A stretch of 64,000 bases of DNA from Plasmodiophora brassicae (Eukaryota): NCBI GenBank assembly GCA_036867785.1, contig CP145411.1, positions 1,488,001 to 1,552,000 on the forward strand. The letters are read 5' to 3'. Both the position numbers and the translations under genes were made by a program. Shown here piece by piece: positions 58,651 through 64,000 of this stretch. The notes beneath the pieces are model-generated. The model saw only the letters and a program-made list of their open reading frames with translations, had not been told where the DNA came from and ran no database searches. The first letter of the stretch is position 1, and each line of letters starts with the position of its first letter.

Positions 58651-59739
58651 ATGGAGATTGTCGCCATCGACGAAGGTGGGGAACCGGCGTCGGGTGCGCT
58701 GGCGGGCGCTTACGTCTGCTCGTAGGGGAGTTCGAGCGGGTAACGGAGGTGCTGGGGAACCTGCGTCGTGCGTTTACGGCGTACAAGGGTGGTAATGCCG
58801 TCGTGCAGTTGGCGTCCGTGACTGCCGCCAGTCTCATCACGCGATCGTATTCCAGCACGCCCATCCCCGACGGTCTGCATTCGCTCCCGACTCCCCATCC
58901 ATGCCTGTACCCTTACGTCAGTGTTCAGGCCCGGCGTACCTGATGGTCGTCCTCGACACGGGCGTTTACCTGATCGACGGCTGGGCGCCGTGCGCCAGTG
59001 CCTGTCGGCGCATTCCCCACCTTCGTTTCATGAAACGCAAATCCCCAACCCACCCTCTCTCGAACACCGTCGTCAAAGTCCACCTTGTATCCAGAAACCC
59101 ATTTGCCCTCGTCGTCGTCGACAGCTTCATGTTTGATAGGAACTTTCTCGGCCGCCATAAATGGTCGTTGCGAACGCGAATCGCCCAGGTGGGTGCGTGT
59201 GTGCCCCTCTTTCTCTAATCGTTGACGTACCATATCGCTGATGTGTTGGCCTTGTCCAGGTTGAGCTGTGCCGTCAGGATCCGGCCGGCTCGGTGCAGTT
59301 GAGGTTCGCCACGCCGACCAGAATGATAAAAGCCATCGACCTGATGCGGAATTCGCGGAGGGAATCCTCGATGGGCCTGTACTTCTTCTACGACGTCGAT
59401 CTGGCGTCGGCGGCAACGGCGATTCCGCCCAGCCTGGAATGGTTCGGGTGCCCAGACGACCCTGACGACGACGACGTGTTCGGCGCCGACAACGTTGACT
59501 TCCGTCTATCCGCCCAGATGCGCCTGAAGCCGTTGCCAGAGCCGTGCTTCGTCAGCGAATCCGGATGGCGCTCGAAAGTCGCCTGGGCGATGTTCGACGG
59601 CAACTGGGTGCGCCAGTACGGCCGGTGCGTCCTGGACGCGAGCGAGCTCGAGAAGGTCATCCAGTCTCTGTACCCAGCAGGACCCTCGAAACGGTCCAGG
59701 GACGATGACGCCCTGCACCCGGCGACGCGGTCATCGTAA
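58651..59739 (+). CDS. Divergent mRNA guanylyltransferase (capping enzyme)-like protein, catalytic Lys absent (4 exons)
   Basis: Spliced product is colinear with capping GTases: YSSTPIPDGPAYLMVVL..VYLID, LVVVDSFMF...WSLR, MGLYF, LEW...NVDFRL, AMFDGNWV. Confidence 0.55.
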
Positions 59740-59778
59740 TGTATTAACTGCCCCCCGAACGGGTTATCTGACGGTCGT

Positions 59779-60460
59779 CTAGTAGCTGGCGAGCAGCTGT
59801 GTGAAGTCCTTGTACTCGATGTGGCCGGCGACCTTCGGTGTCAGGCGGGCCAGCGCGCCCTGCAGGGCCGCCGATTTGGCCAGCTTGGGCGAGATGCCCA
59901 GCTGCACGAGCCGGTCGGTGAACTGGTCGAACGACAGCCTGCCGAGGCGCTGGTCGTCCACCAGCAGGAACGCCTCCGCCCAGGAATTCGCTCGTCCCAA
60001 CAGATCGAACCTGCAGGAACGCGTTTCAGAGCGCGAACCCGTTTACACGGCGAAGGGCCTACCGAATGGCAACGATGGCGGACTCCTGTGCAACGTCGAA
60101 TGAGCGGCGTCGGGCGGCGACGGACGGTTCGGGGGCGGGTGTCCCGAGGTACTGCGCCAGGAACTTGGCGAATTCGTCGCTGTCGAGGTGCCCTGGTTTA
60201 CGACTGGGGAACTGGGCCAGCAGGCGCTTCAGCTGTGTGGAACGCAGGATCTCCGGGTGAACACCCAGGCGCTCGAACCCGTCGACGACGGCGTCGTGCG
60301 TGACGACGCCGACGCGACCGGCGTCCATCGTCAGGAACAGCTCGCGAGGCGTCCTGAAATGCGTGTACAGGTGCAGGTCGATGCTGGACAGGATCGCGTA
60401 CGGCGACAGACCCCGGCGAAACGCCACACGGTCGTCGTGCGTCACAGGCCCCGATGCCAT
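59779..60460 (-). CDS. EF-hand-like protein, 2 exons
   Basis: Four degenerate EF-hand-like loops: FLTMDAGRVGVVT, PSRKPGHLDSDEF, FLLVDDQRLGRLSFDQF, AGHIEYKDF. Confidence 0.7.
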
Positions 60461-60692
60461 GCTACTATTCGATTTGGTGTGTGAGGGTGTGTGTGCGCGT
60501 GCCCCTGCCACGCGTTCTCATCTCCCCACACGTCATATCGCGGTCCAGGGTACCCCAGAATTGCACGGGGCCAGGCAGACGGCCCTGCGCAATGCCACAC
60601 GACGGCGAAGGGGGACGCACACGCCATCACGTTGATGTATGTCATGTGGTACTAGCGTCAGCGACGGGTCGCTGAACGCCAACCTGAAAATG

Positions 60693-63119
60693 CTAGCTAC
60701 TGCTCTCGAGGAACTGCCGGATCGACGTCTTGACCTTGTCGTTGGCGACGAGCGTCTCCGGGCGCAGGCCTCTGAACAGGGTGCCGTGCGCCGCCAGCTT
60801 CGCGGTGACCGCGCTCCGTTCGTAGGTTCGCTCGCCGACGGTCACCGGGTCGACGAAGATCTTCCCCGTCAACGGGCAGATGAACTCGCTGGGTATCGCC
60901 CGGCCTTTCTCGGATTCGACCGACCACTGCTGCTCGGCGCCCTTGTCGTCCTTGTCCCATATCGGCGACAGGTCGGCGGAAGACGTCTTCCGGTCGCCGC
61001 TGAGCGTGAAGGACCCCTTGGACGTCGGCGACGACGGTGATGGCGATTTGTCAGGGGACGCCATTGGGGATAACGAGGGGTACGCGTGGTGGCCGCTGGG
61101 AGAGTACGCGACGAGCGTGTGCGACACGGTCGACGTCGTCGTGGAGACCTCCGACTCGAGCGACGTCCTTCTCGACGGCTGCGCCGACGGGCGTAGCGAG
61201 ACGTGCGGGTTGTGCGGGTGGTCGCTCGCGATCTGGAAGATGTGATCGTGCCGCTTCAGGAGCTTCTTCAGGCCGCCGAACCGCGCCTTGATCATGGCGG
61301 GCAGCGAGTGGTTGTTGGTCGCCTCGTGCATCAGCGACCCCATCTTGCCGACCGTCACCGTCCCGCCGTTCCGCTGCAGGATCGACTCCATCAGGCGGAT
61401 CAGGTCGGCCTCGCCGATCTTCGGCATCTCGAACTTGCCGGCGTGCTTCACCTGGTCCTGCAGGAACGGCAGCTACCATCACCCAACGACCGCGTCAGTC
61501 CAGAACCGCGCGGTGCAGCCCCGCAGACGAATGTTCACTGACGTTCGCTTGCAGCACGGAGTCGTCGGGCGTGGACGCCGACAGCGACTCCTTGTTGGAC
61601 AGGCGGGCGTACATGGCCAGCAGCGTCTGGTACCGGCTGACGCTGCGATGGAACGTCGCCCGGACGAAATCGCTCGCGTCCGGCTGGACGCCGGTGGCGC
61701 CCAGCACCGCCCAGTGCCTCAGTTCGCGTTTCAGCAGCGACAGGGAGTTCCCGATCGCGTGCCGGATGTCGTCGCGGTCGGCGCGAGACACCCGGGCGGT
61801 GATGTTCGCGCTCGTGTCGAGCGGGTCCATGACGTTCATCGCCGCCGGCCGCATCCACAACAGGTTCCCGTCGTCGTCCTTCTTCAGGTCGGGCGGCACC
61901 CTGAAATCCTCCGAGTGCTTCGCCAGGAACGCGGCGTCGATCGGCGACCGCGACCCGTACGCCAGCGACAGCATCTCGACGTGCCTGCTCTGCCACGTCA
62001 GCCCGCACCCGGCGTGCACCAGCAGACCGTACAGGTTCTGAGGGTGCTGCAGCGGCAGCGGCCCCAGGATCGTGAACACGTCGTGGTCCCAGTCGGTGTC
62101 GTGCAGCGCGTCCAGCGCCCTGATCATGCCATGCAGCGGCGTGTCGATATCCTTGCCGTCAGCGGCGGCGAACACCCGCAGGACGGCAACGCTGATGGCG
62201 GCCGACGGCAGCACGTGCCCGACGCGGGCGTCATTATCCAGCCAGAGTTTCGCGAGCAGCAACGTGCGCTTCAGGAGGTGGTTCCGACCGATACGCCGGT
62301 CGGCGTCCTCGAAGAACGCCGTCATGGCAACGGAATGCCCCTGGTTGCACCCGATCTCGATCGGGATGCCGTTGACCGTGATCCTGATCGAGCGTGTGCC
62401 GTCCGGCGCCGTCCTGAACGAGGCGGCGTTCACGCCGACCGTCGGGTGCGCCATTTGGTGGAGGCGGTGCTGGGGCCCGCGAACGAACGGATCGACGCTG
62501 TCGGTCGTATCCGACGATAACGCGCGGATCACACGCTGGAACCAGCTCTTGTCATGGTTCCGCGTGAAGAACGCCGACAGGTTGATGTCGCTGTCGGGCA
62601 GGAATGTTCGTATCGCGAACGACCTGTACGCTCGTCAGCCAGCAGGCAAACGGTGACGACGTGAATCCACAAGGTGTACCCGTGGGGAACGACCTTGACG
62701 CCAAGGGTTGCAGACAGGACGAGCTGGACGAATGTGATGACCTTCTCGCGGTGGTCGAGCGCCAGCTGCGTCGGGCGCAGGGCGGCGAGAAGCTCGTCGA
62801 CGGCGGCCTTAAGCGAAGGCGTTGACAGGGCTTCCGTAAGCATTGGGTCCGTTTTCGAGGCTGGCGGCGCTGGGCCCGTCGCTGGACGCGGGACCGAGCT
62901 TCGGGTGCCAGCGAACCGGTCGACGCGTTTCGGCAACGACGGTGTACCTGGCGTGATACTGGCCGCCACCCAGACGTCGAACGGGATGTGCGACGTTGCC
63001 GACCAGAGCGACGACATGGTCGACTGCTTGACCTCGGGCGACAACCCGTAGTCCAACGCGGGCGTCGGCGGCGCCCATGTTGGATCGACGATCAGGCCAT
63101 GGACGCTGCCGCGTCGCAT
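60693..63119 (-). CDS. PAP/TENT-like (Trf4 superfamily) nucleotidyltransferase fused to a winged-helix (LOTUS-like) domain and a U-box, at least 3 exons
   Basis: HG-SFAIRTFLPDSDINL, IGRNHLLKRTLLLAKLW, MNVMDPLDTSANI; then ESILQRNGGTVTVGKMGSL...FGGLKKLL; then IPSEFICPLTGKIFVDPV...TYERSAV. In-frame introns at ~62624-62679 and ~61473-61542. The start codon is uncertain. Confidence 0.75.
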
Positions 63120-63453
63120 GAACGCGTGCGTCGTCGTCGACTACGGCCTTCACTTGCAAACTCGATCGAACCAGATTCGACAGGTAGGCGCGCGCAACCG
63201 TACGAATCTGTCTGCGCACGACGGTGCGTGCCCAGGCGCCCGCGCCCGGCGAATCTCGCCCCATGCAAACCCGCACGGTACTAAGAATACGAACCGTTTC
63301 ACAACCCGCTGTCATCAGCCACGGAGAAGCTGCAGCTGGGCCTGACTGGCAGAGTCGCGCCGGCGCTGCAGTTGTTTGCCCGGAGCTGCACTGTCGCGCG
63401 GGCCGCGCCGCACAAAGTGGACACGTTCGCGCATGGGGCGGCGGTGGTGACGG

Positions 63454-64000
63454 ATGGACGACGCGGATCGGCCGACACCGCTGCAGGTCGGGTCGCGCTA
63501 TTCGGCGCAGGCGCGCGAGGCGGAGCGGCGCGGGCACTTCGCGCAGGCGCTCGACAAGCACACGAGGGCGCAGGCGCAGTTCAGGGAGGCGCTGCTGTCG
63601 GCGCGACACCCCAAGGTGCGGGTGCGCGAACGTCTGTCTGCGCGCCGACAGCGTTACTCATCGGGATGCGCGCGCTGGGCAGTCGAAAGAGATTCTGCAG
63701 TTGCTGTTGAGGTCGCACGAGAGGAGCGCGCTGCTGATCAGGCAGTACCTTGATCGCGGGCTGATCATCGCGGAGCCTCAGGTCGGTGGCAAGGTATTCG
63801 TTCGATTTGGGGATCGGGGCCCCTCACGGTGCTGCCAGGTGGTGCAACCCCCCGAGCCCCCGAGCACGATGGTGCCGCTTGCCGATTTCCTGGAATCCAT
63901 CGATCGCCTGGCGGCAGACCTGGTCGCCGATCTTGCGGCGGTGCAGCGTCCGCTTCGTGGCCGTGACTATAGTCAGGTTGTCTGAGAAAGCGTCTGGCCA
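63454..64000 (+). CDS. MIT-like domain protein, NRBF2/Atg38-like, runs off the window end
   Basis: PLQVGSRYSAQAREAERRGHFAQALDKHTRAQAQFREAL-(intron)-SKEILQLLLRSH resembles the NRBF2 N-terminal three-helix MIT domain. Confidence 0.5.

Overview
Gene-dense, GC-rich eukaryotic DNA with many short (~50-70 nt) GT-AG introns and a flagellar assembly gene (DAW1/ODA16). The style fits a compact zoosporic protist such as Plasmodiophora; this assignment is inference and was not verified. About 30 protein genes and two tRNA-Lys(UUU) genes can be supported. The first 14 kb is a tandem array of four intact 5-exon paralogs encoding signal peptide + variable head + variable-length coiled-coil stalk + hydrophobic C-terminus. 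A fifth copy lies at 30.3-31.9 kb and a possible remote relative at 16.7-18.0 kb. Other highlights are: a tandem pair of intronless RGS-domain + DUF4395-like (CxxC membrane domain) fusion genes; two otherwise identical tRNA-Lys genes, one with and one without a 14-nt intron; a capping-enzyme-like protein lacking the catalytic lysine; a PAP/TENT-like nucleotidyltransferase fused to a winged-helix domain and a U-box; an IFI6/IFI27-motif protein; and a 106-bp tandem hairpin repeat upstream of a 7TM gene. All domain calls come from motif recognition by eye, no searches were run, and exon boundaries are manual predictions.
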